This document shows, one piece after another, positions 1 through 8,102 of a DNA stretch of 64,000 bases. The stretch lies in the IMG/VR virus record IMGVR_UViG_3300025005_000009, positions 1,515 to 65,514 of that record; one strand, given 5' to 3'. A program made the position numbers and the translations under genes. Position 1 is the stretch's first letter. Each line of letters begins with the position of its first letter. The notes beneath the pieces are model-generated. The model saw only the letters and a program-made list of their open reading frames with translations. It had not been told where the DNA came from and ran no database searches. This DNA is from a virus (lineage: Duplodnaviria > Caudoviricetes).

Positions 1-244
1 TCAGCGGGATGGCTGAGAGGTCCGCTGCATCTTCCCGAGAGACCTTCGTGAGTTTGCTGCTGAGCAAGTCTTCAAACTTCAACCTCGCCGCAAGCTTCCG
101 GTCTTGCTCATCCAGAATCTTTTTCCATTCCGCACCGGTTCCCGGTGTTTCGTGTAACTTGACCGGCCAATGGATACGCTCTTCCGTGTTCTGCAGGAGA
201 ATCGTCGCATCGTACATATACCAGACTGGTTCTTTCATGTCCAT
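1..244 (-). CDS. hypothetical protein, 3'-truncated by window edge
   Basis: Own translation MDMKEPVWYMYDATILL..., open to position 1; GGGGAG SD upstream. Confidence 0.6.
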   Translation of the reverse strand, partial: MDMKEPVWYMYDATILLQNTEERIHWPVKLHETPGTGAEWKKILDEQDRKLAARLKFEDLLSSKLTKVSREDAADLSAIPL

Positions 245-537
245 CTCCCCATTCGTTTAAATTCCGCCTGCAAGGACGTGGCACATTGCTCCAGATGATC
301 AATGCAGGCTTCCATGGCTTCTTCCTTGCTGCTGTAATATCGGTCTGCAACCCTCTTTCCTTGATTCCCAATCCACACCGACGCGTCCCACTGCTGAGCT
401 GTCTGCTGAAACAAATCAAGCCGTACCGTATAATGCATGGGCTTGAAGTGCATCGTCAGTGTGTCAATCTCAATCGTAAAGGTCCATTGCCCATGCTTCG
501 TCAGTGGGTCTTTCGGATCTGTGGTATCTTTCCACAT
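235..537 (-). CDS. hypothetical phage protein
   Basis: 100-aa ORF in tightly packed minus-strand run. Confidence 0.6.
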   Translation of the reverse strand: MWKDTTDPKDPLTKHGQWTFTIEIDTLTMHFKPMHYTVRLDLFQQTAQQWDASVWIGNQGKRVADRYYSSKEEAMEACIDHLEQCATSLQAEFKRMGRWT

Positions 538-542
538 CGACG

Positions 543-773
543 TTAGCCTTTCTTTTTCAGGAGTTGGTACGCTCTCCGCATATTGTTCAAGTCCCTGATG
601 AAGGTCTGGTCATACTTCGGACCCACAGGGTTGCGGTCTTTGACCAGTGTTCCGGTATCGTGGTACAGCCAATTCATCGCCGACAGGAACCCGGATTCTA
701 GGGTTTTGGCGATCTGCTGCAGCTGGAGATTATCCAGCTCGTGTTCTTCCCTCGTGTTCCGTTGATTCTCCAT
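543..773 (-). CDS. hypothetical phage protein
   Basis: 76-aa ORF with AGGAG SD, packed between neighbours. Confidence 0.6.
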   Translation of the reverse strand: MENQRNTREEHELDNLQLQQIAKTLESGFLSAMNWLYHDTGTLVKDRNPVGPKYDQTFIRDLNNMRRAYQLLKKKG

Positions 774-783
774 TCTCTTCTCC

Positions 784-1032
784 TTATCCCCAATTCATCG
801 ACCGTAGCACCAATGTTACCTGTCCCTCAGGGACGATGGCTTCACAGGTGGAGTACGCGGGATCTCTCCAGATCCGTGAGCATTCATCGCCTTTATGGTT
901 CTCTGCGACTTTCCTGGCGTCCTCTTCCGTCAAGGCTCGAACCACGAGACCATCCATTTCATCGTACCACGGCACTTCAGCTCTATCCCTCCGTTTCAGT
1001 AACCAGAGCATCGGTTGACTCCTTTTTCTCAA
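784..1032 (-). CDS. hypothetical phage protein
   Basis: ORF track; resembles common small phage proteins with 'VVRALTEEDARKVA' motif; true start may be internal. Confidence 0.55.
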   Translation of the reverse strand: MRKRSQPMLWLLKRRDRAEVPWYDEMDGLVVRALTEEDARKVAENHKGDECSRIWRDPAYSTCEAIVPEGQVTLVLRSMNWG

Positions 1033-1570
1033 ATTTCACTTTCCCTGCTGCATAGTTCAGGCATTTCGTATGGTACGCAATGTCTTCAGTCGCTTTCTTA
1101 ATTGCCCTCCGGTGATAGGCTGCGTTCGCGTTCCAAGACTTATTCCGGTTCACCTTGTTCTTGTAGTGATTCGCTTCCCTCTCCTTCTCTGCTGCATCCA
1201 GCTCTGCAATCTTCGCACGGCAGGCCTCTTCCGTTCCAAATAAGGAGTCTTCCTGCTGCAGATAGTAACTGCCTTCATGTCCAAACTCTTCCTGTACCCT
1301 GTATTGGACTTCATTCTTCTTGTTCACTTCCACACCAACCACGATCATCGGGACAGGGTAGACCGTAGGGATATGGCGAATCAGATACCCAGTGGACTCT
1401 TGGTACCCAGGTCCGCATTCATCGCATTTAATCGAGTGCGTGTCTCCATTCCCTAATGTCAGTATGAGAAACCGTTCTCCATTGCAGTCTGGACAGGTTT
1501 CTTTTTGTGTGGTCTCTGAGGTCCGTACGTTCCAGACCTGTTGACCAAGCGAGTATTGTGTCTCAATCAT
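983..1570 (-). CDS. hypothetical protein with CxxC...CxxC zinc finger
   Basis: CPDC and CDEC motifs in 195-aa ORF. Confidence 0.65.
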   Translation of the reverse strand: MIETQYSLGQQVWNVRTSETTQKETCPDCNGERFLILTLGNGDTHSIKCDECGPGYQESTGYLIRHIPTVYPVPMIVVGVEVNKKNEVQYRVQEEFGHEGSYYLQQEDSLFGTEEACRAKIAELDAAEKEREANHYKNKVNRNKSWNANAAYHRRAIKKATEDIAYHTKCLNYAAGKVKFEKKESTDALVTETEG

Positions 1571-1870
1571 ATTGTGCCTTTCATCGGACTAAATGATACC
1601 ACAGTCCGCCAAGTCCATAGAAGTATATGGCGACATCAATCACAATCGCCGCCAAGACAAGGAGAATCGTTCCTGGTGATGCCTTCATGTCGTTCATAAT
1701 CAGAAACAGTAGGCCGGTCATCGTTCAACTCCTTTCATGTTCCAAACACGTAAGAGAGTGTGACTCCCAGGCCTATGCACCAAAAGCCAAGGTCTGCAAT
1801 CACTCCGGCCACCACAATCGCTCGCTCGAACAGTTCGCCAGGGAGAGACCGGATTCGTGTCTCAATGTTC

Positions 1871-2104
1871 TCATTCAGAAGTAGATCCAGAATTTGCTCT
1901 CGTGTCATGCTGTCCCCTTTGTCTCCGGTAATGGTTGTGCAATGCTCGGCACCGAAAGCATGTTTTCATGGCAACCGGTGTTTTCCTCGGTCCTTCACAC
2001 ATGAGAAATTGACAGGCAACCCGTTCCAGACACTGTATCAGATCGTCATAGATGGCTTGCTCGGTCTTATTCATCGCATCAGTTCCTTTGCTGAGTGGAC
2101 CCAT
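1871..2104 (-). CDS. hypothetical Cys-containing protein
   Basis: 77-aa ORF with CFRC motif; overlaps neighbours. Confidence 0.4.
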   Translation of the reverse strand: MGPLSKGTDAMNKTEQAIYDDLIQCLERVACQFLMCEGPRKTPVAMKTCFRCRALHNHYRRQRGQHDTRANSGSTSE

Positions 2105-2322
2105 GCCCCGGCACCATTCCAGGGATATTCCCCGGTATCAGTCGCATAGTCGTATTGGTCTTCAATCTTCTGCACCATCTGAGACAGTAAGGGAGTGGCA
2201 TCAGACCGGCACTTCAAGGTAGACTCCATTTCCGCCGCCCAATCGACAACATCTTCCCGGTAATCCGAGTCAATGAGAATTTCTTCAATGAGTAATTCAA
2301 TCGCCTGTGTACGATGTACCAT
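2071..2322 (-). CDS. hypothetical acidic protein
   Basis: 83-aa ORF directly downstream of a consensus sigma70 promoter and GAGGG SD. Confidence 0.65.
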   Translation of the reverse strand: MVHRTQAIELLIEEILIDSDYREDVVDWAAEMESTLKCRSDATPLLSQMVQKIEDQYDYATDTGEYPWNGAGAWVHSAKELMR

Positions 2323-2352
2323 TATTCCCTCACCATTTGCACCATAAGCCAG

Positions 2353-2381
2353 AGTATACTGAGTGAAAATGAGACTGTCAA
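2353..2381 (-). promoter_or_regulatory. sigma70-type promoter
   Basis: Minus strand TTGACA-17 nt-TATACT upstream of ORF starting at 2322. Confidence 0.8.
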
Positions 2382-2417
2382 GACTTCCATTGTTCTTTTG
2401 CTCCTATTCTATAAGAG

Positions 2418-2513
2418 TGACAGAGAAAGGAATCGAACCTTTCAAGCCAAAGGTAGCGAACCCTTGTTGTCAAGTGTTTCTTAGCTCTTGACGCTCGGCA
2501 ACCAGCCCCCACC
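2418..2513 (-). ncRNA. tRNA-like structured RNA (class II-like, degenerate)
   Basis: Canonical T arm AAAGG-TTCGATT-CCTTT; GTCAAG/CTTGAC stem with 12-nt loop; extra AAGG/CCTT hairpin; wobble-rich acceptor; no CCA. Confidence 0.4.
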
Positions 2514-2559
2514 GTATTTTTCTCTCAACGCTCAACCCCTTTATCGTCATCCCTCAGGA

Positions 2560-2751
2560 TTACTTGACAGGTCCCCTCAAAAATATTTGACTGACTTGTT
2601 CCGGTAACATCCCATATTCGCTTTTGAAGATCCGCAAGGCATGGGCTTTGTCTGCTGCCTTGACTTCCTGGTCAAACTCCATCCCCTGGAACCTGTACAC
2701 TATTAAGAACGTACCCCTTTCTCCGGTTGCGTCCCTAGACCCATCGCCCAT
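2560..2751 (-). CDS. hypothetical protein
   Basis: 63-aa ORF; true start probably internal. Confidence 0.5.
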   Translation of the reverse strand: MGDGSRDATGERGTFLIVYRFQGMEFDQEVKAADKAHALRIFKSEYGMLPEQVSQIFLRGPVK

Positions 2752-2936
2752 ACAACATCATCCAGGAAATAGACTGTTTCCCCGCTGAATAAATACATGA
2801 CCAAACCAACCAGGTTTTCCCCTTCATACACGTTATACAATTGCCTATACACCTTCGTAGGAACAAGTACAGGTTTCCAGATACTTTTTGCTTGGCCTGC
2901 TGCTGCAATATACTCTTGTTCGGTGACCGGTCTCAT
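2703..2936 (-). CDS. hypothetical protein
   Basis: 77-aa ORF with AGGAGG SD, downstream of sigma28-like promoter. Confidence 0.65.
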   Translation of the reverse strand: MRPVTEQEYIAAAGQAKSIWKPVLVPTKVYRQLYNVYEGENLVGLVMYLFSGETVYFLDDVVWAMGLGTQPEKGVRS

Positions 2937-2969
2937 GTTTTAACCCTCCTTATGAACTATATAACACCT

Positions 2970-2996
2970 TTATCGGCCTGCTGCTGGAAAACTTGA
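2970..2996 (-). promoter_or_regulatory. sigma28 (FliA)-like promoter 1
   Basis: TCAAGTTT-N11-GCCGATAA. Confidence 0.75.
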
Positions 2997-3089
2997 CAAC
3001 CCTGCCGATGTACGTAGTTACCATTACGCAAAAACCTTGACTTCAAGGTAAGGTCGCTGCTGCTGCTGAGTCCCGTTTAGGACCTGGAA

Positions 3090-3545
3090 GTCTGTTACGC
3101 TGTAACAAAATGGGCATATACCCTGTTACAACTATATTTACTGTTTTCTCCGGGTTACTACGTAGCGTAAAAATGACACGTTACAAAGCCTGCTGTTACA
3201 CTTTTAGAAAGTCGTTTAAAATCCCCTACTTACATAGGTGAGTGTAACGGTATAGGTGTTACACCTAGGGTCAACTACTTACTGCCTTTATTTCCCTTTG
3301 GAATCAAGAGGAATGCCAAGGGGACAGTAGGGACAGTAGGGAAGTTGAGCCATAATTACATAGAAATTATTTCTGTTTGTAACACCGTTACACGATTTTT
3401 ACAAATGAAAATATGACACTCTTAAATATTTAATATGTCTATATGCGTAACAGTGTTACAAAGTAACAAACTACTATAGGCAAAATGGCGCAAGCTTCGG
3501 ACCCTGTTTTAACACCCGGTTAAAGAGGTCAAGGTTACCCGGTAA
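3090..3545. repeat. cluster of GTAAC/GTTAC short inverted repeats (iteron-like)
   Basis: About a dozen or more copies, often as palindromic pairs, e.g. TGTTACGCTGTAACA, TGTAACACCGTTACA, GTAACAGTGTTAC. Confidence 0.65.
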
Positions 3546-3634
3546 ATTTCTACAAACTTGTCGAAGTGATAGACTGCAGCAACCAAGGATAGTAGGAAAT
3601 AGGTATACAATACAATTTTGGCTAATTTTAACAT
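3509..3634 (-). CDS. 41-aa membrane peptide (below ORF-track cutoff)
   Basis: MLKLAKIVLYTYFLLSLVAAVYHFDKFVEIYRVTLTSLTGC; GGAAAGGA SD; one hydrophobic helix. Confidence 0.5.
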   Translation of the reverse strand: MLKLAKIVLYTYFLLSLVAAVYHFDKFVEIYRVTLTSLTGC

Positions 3635-4336
3635 GGTGACGATTCCTTTCCAGTAAAAATTTAAACGGTAGTGTTTCAAATTTTAAAAATTTTCCGTCTC
3701 TGCTGCTGAGTACCTTAGGCTTGCATACCTGCTGCTGCAGGGAAGTTATGCAAGTCTGCTGCTGCAGATATCCCGGTACGTTGATCTTACATAAATTACA
3801 TTAGTAAAAATTCCTTACATGAAAGTTCTTAGTGAGAAACCTTTACCTTAAACTCCCTAATGAAAATGATCTAGTGTGAAATACTTAACCCATATAATTT
3901 CTCCTTTCTTTTCAGTAGGTAATACATTTGACCCTTAATTTCACTGTAAAGGCCTATTCCTTGAGACTTCCCTATAACCCTTGCCTTGATACCTGTTTCC
4001 TGTTTCTCATGCCTTAAAACCTATCCTTGTTGAGAATTTCCGGGTTCAATCCCCGACATACTGCAGACCTTTACACTGTACACAACCAAGGAAATACCTA
4101 GTCAATTTCATCTAAGTATTTTTCATTGTGTGCAAACTGGTCTACAAGGTCCCTTTCCTTTACGTGATTATACTTATCCCATTTTTCGTGTTTGTCTGGT
4201 CTTTTTTGGTAAAGCGTACCTATCCCTCTTGATAGGCTTGACTGACTACCTTTTTACCCTTGTAGCATCGTATCAGGGAAAGGAAAGCAAACCCTATTTA
4301 TTTCCTTTTGGTCTTTTGTCATGGTCAACCCTTTCC

Positions 4337-4591
4337 TTAGTCAATCGCATAAATTTTATAAGCTTCGCATTCTCTGAGAATTTGATAATTTAAATGGATG
4401 TTTCCTTTTCCCTTGTCCACTACAATATAAATTTTTCCGGTTTCCTGAAGTCCACACCTTACGCGTATTAATTCCTCTTCAATCCTTGCTTTGTAGTTCG
4501 GTATCCCTTCAATGTTTTCTATCAATACACTCCCACGTAACAGACCTTTTCCCTTGAGATACTTTTTCCCTTTGCTTAGTGTTTCCTTCAT
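4337..4591 (-). CDS. hypothetical basic protein
   Basis: 84-aa ORF, ATGA overlap with upstream gene stop. Confidence 0.6.
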   Translation of the reverse strand: MKETLSKGKKYLKGKGLLRGSVLIENIEGIPNYKARIEEELIRVRCGLQETGKIYIVVDKGKGNIHLNYQILRECEAYKIYAID

Positions 4592-5421
4592 TGTGCAACC
4601 CTTTCAATCTGGACAAGGAAAGTTGATTGAATAACCTTTCTCTGCCGATGCCCTTTGACTCTCAAGCCCACAATGTAACCCTTTCTATCCTTAAACCTAA
4701 GGTCTGTTAGATCCCCGTCTAATACCGGTTTCCCCATGAATTTTTTCGGTAAAGCTTTTCCCTTGCCTATCCCTGCAAAAGGTACCGCAATATTAATGCC
4801 TCTTGCTCCTATAACTTCGCATGACTCTTGATTATTGCCAGACCATGAAAAGGTAACATCATAATTTTTTATTTCATGGGATTCTAAGGCAATTATCGGG
4901 TTTTTTGTATAGTCATAAAATTGAAGCTTAGGAAACCATGCGAAAATGTTTTGACCTTGATACTTGAGTTTTGACCATCGTATATCAGAGGTACCATTCA
5001 GGCGAATACATAAAGTCAAATTCAATTTTGTAGCAAGCTTTTCATAAGAAACAATTTCTTGCATCATGCAGTAAAGAAAATTTACCCTGTCCGATAAAAA
5101 TCTATCGGTTTTCTTTATCCTTGCCTTTTTGACACTTGGTAATACATCGGACAATCCGCTAGAATTCAAACAATAATCCCTACACTCTGCAGAGGAAAAC
5201 GGGCAAAGGTCTACACCTTGTGAATTCAACGTGCTAGGCGATAAATGGAGAATGAGTGTCAAGTATCCTTTCTTTTCTCCCTTAAGTGTTTTCGTGTTTC
5301 CCCGTGAAAAGATACCATGTCTTTTTGGTTGTATCTCCATTAAGGTTTTTTCCTTTCTACCTCTGAGAAAATACATTCCTTCAATGTTCCACCTTTTGTA
5401 TACATATACATAATTTCCCAC
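4588..5421 (-). CDS. GP88-family phage protein (Cys-triad, putative Fe-S)
   Basis: CPFSSAECRDYC, RLNGTSDI, FYDYTK, DGDLTDLRF motifs; true start may be internal. Confidence 0.7.
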   Translation of the reverse strand: MGNYVYVYKRWNIEGMYFLRGRKEKTLMEIQPKRHGIFSRGNTKTLKGEKKGYLTLILHLSPSTLNSQGVDLCPFSSAECRDYCLNSSGLSDVLPSVKKARIKKTDRFLSDRVNFLYCMMQEIVSYEKLATKLNLTLCIRLNGTSDIRWSKLKYQGQNIFAWFPKLQFYDYTKNPIIALESHEIKNYDVTFSWSGNNQESCEVIGARGINIAVPFAGIGKGKALPKKFMGKPVLDGDLTDLRFKDRKGYIVGLRVKGHRQRKVIQSTFLVQIERVAQ

Positions 5422-5549
5422 TTTGTACCCTGATCTTCATAGAAGATATTTAGACCATTAAACAGATCTAGCATTCTGTTTCTAAAATCTGTTTCACTCT
5501 CATTTGAAGTCCTGGATTTTACCACTCTTGAATATTTCTTTTTTATCAT
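5340..5549 (-). CDS. hypothetical protein
   Basis: 69-aa ORF, translationally coupled to upstream ORF. Confidence 0.5.
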   Translation of the reverse strand: MIKKKYSRVVKSRTSNESETDFRNRMLDLFNGLNIFYEDQGTKWEIMYMYTKGGTLKECIFSEVERKKP

Positions 5550-5758
5550 TCTCCGGTTGTCCCTTCATATGACAAGGTGATTTTATATCTCAGTAGATTT
5601 TTTGTCAGATCATACACATTAAATTTTTTCTTGATATTATCCATTACAATCCAGTTTCTTTTCATTCTTGAAGGTCTGATAAAGTCAAGCTTTAAGAGTA
5701 CCTTATTATCGGTTTCCACTTTAAAACAGTAGTGAAATTTGATTGATTTTTTCCTCAT
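5546..5758 (-). CDS. hypothetical basic protein
   Basis: 70-aa ORF with GGGG SD. Confidence 0.55.
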   Translation of the reverse strand: MRKKSIKFHYCFKVETDNKVLLKLDFIRPSRMKRNWIVMDNIKKKFNVYDLTKNLLRYKITLSYEGTTGE

Positions 5759-5767
5759 ATCATCCCC

Positions 5768-5908
5768 TTACTTGTATAAAGAATCATACCCTGATCGACC
5801 ATAGCCTTTATCTGGATTTTCAGGCGATGGCCATTTCATAACCTTGACTTTTTCAATTTCTCCATTTGACTTTTTTATTTCTTTGACTTCGTAGTTTTGT
5901 TTTTCCAT
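5768..5908 (-). CDS. 46-aa hypothetical protein
   Basis: Own translation MEKQNYEVKEIKKSNGEIEKVKVMKWPSPENPDKGYGRSGYDSLYK; GGAG SD; downstream of promoter 2. Confidence 0.5.
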   Translation of the reverse strand: MEKQNYEVKEIKKSNGEIEKVKVMKWPSPENPDKGYGRSGYDSLYK

Positions 5909-5951
5909 TGTAGTTTCTCCCTTGTGTGAGTGGTTGCCTTTCATGTTTATA

Positions 5952-5978
5952 TTATTGGCATGTTTCCATTTTACTTGA
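5952..5978 (-). promoter_or_regulatory. sigma28-like promoter 2
   Basis: TCAAGTAA-N11-GCCAATAA. Confidence 0.65.
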
Positions 5979-6297
5979 CAAAGGGAAAGGGTAAAATTGA
6001 ATTGATTCTTTTTTGAATGATTTTTTCAACGTCTGAGTAAGTATAACTCGGATCACCATAACAAGGAAACTCAAGAATGCTATGGTGGAATCGGTCAATC
6101 CTTTCTCCGGTTGAAAATTTCTCATGATAAAACCCGTTTTTATTGTAGTGAGCAATGAACCCGAACATCATAGAAAGTCTTACGTAGAACCACTTATAGA
6201 AAAGTGTTTCTTTACATCCTGACTTGATGAACCTTTCAAAGTGCTTTAAGAATTTTTCTTTATCTTCTACGGTACTCCATTGCGTAGCAGTTAACAT
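5971..6297 (-). CDS. hypothetical phage protein
   Basis: 108-aa ORF with aromatic-rich 'MFGFIAHYNKNGFY' motif. Confidence 0.65.
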   Translation of the reverse strand: MLTATQWSTVEDKEKFLKHFERFIKSGCKETLFYKWFYVRLSMMFGFIAHYNKNGFYHEKFSTGERIDRFHHSILEFPCYGDPSYTYSDVEKIIQKRINSILPFPFVK

Positions 6298-6470
6298 TTT
6301 TTATTTTCCTTTTCAACCTTGAGTATGTAAAATTGACTCAAGCTTTCATTGTCGTTAAAAGTATCTCGCAAGTGTTCATAACAACCGGTTCCTAGGTCTT
6401 TTGCTTCGCTTTCATTCTCTGCCTTAACAAGAAATTGAAGATTGATAATATAGTTTTTCATTTTTCCCTT

Positions 6471-6671
6471 TCACGATACTTTTTTGATCAAGTCGTTTTC
6501 CATTGTAACCGTAGCATACCACGTTCTTTTGGTATAGGGACAGGGACCAACAACCGGAAATTTTCCATTGCTCTGATACTCTGCATTGAATAGACTGGTT
6601 TCCACATAACGTAAGCTTTTTCCAATACTGTTTTTCAGGTCTTTTTTAGTTTGATAACTTGCCCCCATCAT
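6471..6671 (-). CDS. conserved small phage protein
   Basis: 'YQTKKDLKNSIGKSLRYVETSLF...RTWYATVTM' resembles a widespread early phage protein of unknown function. Confidence 0.65.
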   Translation of the reverse strand: MMGASYQTKKDLKNSIGKSLRYVETSLFNAEYQSNGKFPVVGPCPYTKRTWYATVTMENDLIKKVS

Positions 6672-6982
6672 AGCGTTATATCCTTTCTTGATAAGTGATT
6701 AGATAGGCACTGCATTCAAAATAAGATCCCTCAAAAACCTTTTCCCCTGTACGCGTATCGACTACTTTATGGTTTGCTTCAAGGTCTGATATCAGGGAAA
6801 ATTTAAACCTTCGTTTAATGTACATTTTTTCCTATCTCCATTGCCCGTTGATAAGAATCAAACCTTTTGCTTTTCCTTGTCGGAGATTGATTGCTAACCG
6901 GATCAAGAAAACTGCTTTGTCAAGGTTTGAATAATCCATTTTCATTTCTCCCTTTTTGTTTATCCCCTCTTGCATACTTATA

Positions 6983-7009
6983 TTATCGGCAAGCTTAGAA
7001 AAACCTTGA
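6983..7009 (-). promoter_or_regulatory. sigma28-like promoter 3
   Basis: TCAAGGTT-N11-GCCGATAA. Confidence 0.75.
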
Positions 7010-7573
7010 GTATTCTTTTTTCTTTCTTTTTTGAAATTTTCTAGCCCATGCCTTTGACAATTCTTGAGAAGATCCTACGATATCAGTCAATATCAAATTT
7101 CCCTTATTATCTACCATTACGTTACGCTTGCAGAGGTCAAGGAAAATATCATCGGTGTAGTTTGCCATCATGTCTATAAGGGTTTTCAAGCTTTCCTTGA
7201 GGTCTTCTGATAAGTCTTCACTCTTTTCAATGGCATTGATACAGGTAGGGAAACAGTCATATTTTCTCAGACTGAGATACTTAAGGGTTTTTTCTACTGC
7301 TTTGTAATCTTCCCATGCCCTGGAATGTTTTTTCATGAGTTTTTGATATAAGGGCATCTTATACGCTTGATATTCGCCGATATCACTCAATCTTTCCATT
7401 TTTGGGATATGTTTTTCCCCTTGGCAAAATGCCCCCATACACTCCTTCGCATTGTCGTTAGTCAGTATTATAACTTCAGTTTCCGATACCTTGAAGACTT
7501 TAGAAAATAATCCCTGTCCAATCTGGTTTTTCTTGTCAAGTCTTATATGGTCTTCTACTGTCCAGTATGGCAT
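6995..7573 (-). CDS. protein kinase-like, T7 gp0.7 catalytic-domain-like
   Basis: Gly loop IGQGLFSKVF, catalytic loop DLCKRNVM, metal-binding LTDIV. Confidence 0.6.
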   Translation of the reverse strand: MPYWTVEDHIRLDKKNQIGQGLFSKVFKVSETEVIILTNDNAKECMGAFCQGEKHIPKMERLSDIGEYQAYKMPLYQKLMKKHSRAWEDYKAVEKTLKYLSLRKYDCFPTCINAIEKSEDLSEDLKESLKTLIDMMANYTDDIFLDLCKRNVMVDNKGNLILTDIVGSSQELSKAWARKFQKRKKKEYSRFF

Positions 7574-7603
7574 GGTGTTTTTCTCCTTTCCTTGTTGCGT
7601 ATA

Positions 7604-7630
7604 TTATCGGCAGTCAACCGGATAACTTGA
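7604..7630 (-). promoter_or_regulatory. sigma28-like promoter 4 (upstream of kinase)
   Basis: TCAAGTTA-N11-GCCGATAA. Confidence 0.75.
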
Positions 7631-7794
7631 CTTAGTATTCAATGTTTATTGAATAATGCCCTATTACATTCCCGTTAAGGTCCCAAACCTTACCATCAAG
7701 CTTTCCTTTCTTCATAAGCTTGATAATTGATTCAACGGTTTCTATAGCAGTTTCAACCGGAGTATTTAAAAAATAATCATTCCCCATAGAAAAC

Positions 7795-8037
7795 TCAATT
7801 TTTAACATCGTTATTTTCTCCCTTCATTTCACTGTCAAATAAATAAAGCTTTGAAGAAATTTCTTGCAGGTTGACACCTTCAAAAACCCTGTATTTATGA
7901 TCGTATTTTGTGCTAGCTTGCCATCCCCTGTTATACTTTTGGATCTTCCAAACCTTACCGGCACTATATCCCACGTAATCCCCTGGATTGAAATAACTTT
8001 TGTCAATGTTCGGATAATTTCTCATTCTGTATCCCAT
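7795..8037 (-). CDS. hypothetical protein
   Basis: 80-aa ORF with AGGAG SD, first gene of leftward module. Confidence 0.6.
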   Translation of the reverse strand: MGYRMRNYPNIDKSYFNPGDYVGYSAGKVWKIQKYNRGWQASTKYDHKYRVFEGVNLQEISSKLYLFDSEMKGENNDVKN

Positions 8038-8075
8038 GGTGTTTTTCTCCTTTTGTTTTTTCCTTGTTGTTTATC

Positions 8076-8102
8076 TTATCGGTATCCTACGGAAAACCTT
8101 GA
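8076..8102 (-). promoter_or_regulatory. sigma28-like promoter 5
   Basis: TCAAGGTT-N11-ACCGATAA; overlapped by minus-strand TTGACA-17-TAGGAT (8084-8112). Confidence 0.7.

Noticed and set aside
3780-3900. Stop-codon-recoded ORF following the ATG-GGT-TAA minigene
   Set aside because: Read-through translation is not protein-like and all recognised genes read normally in code 11.
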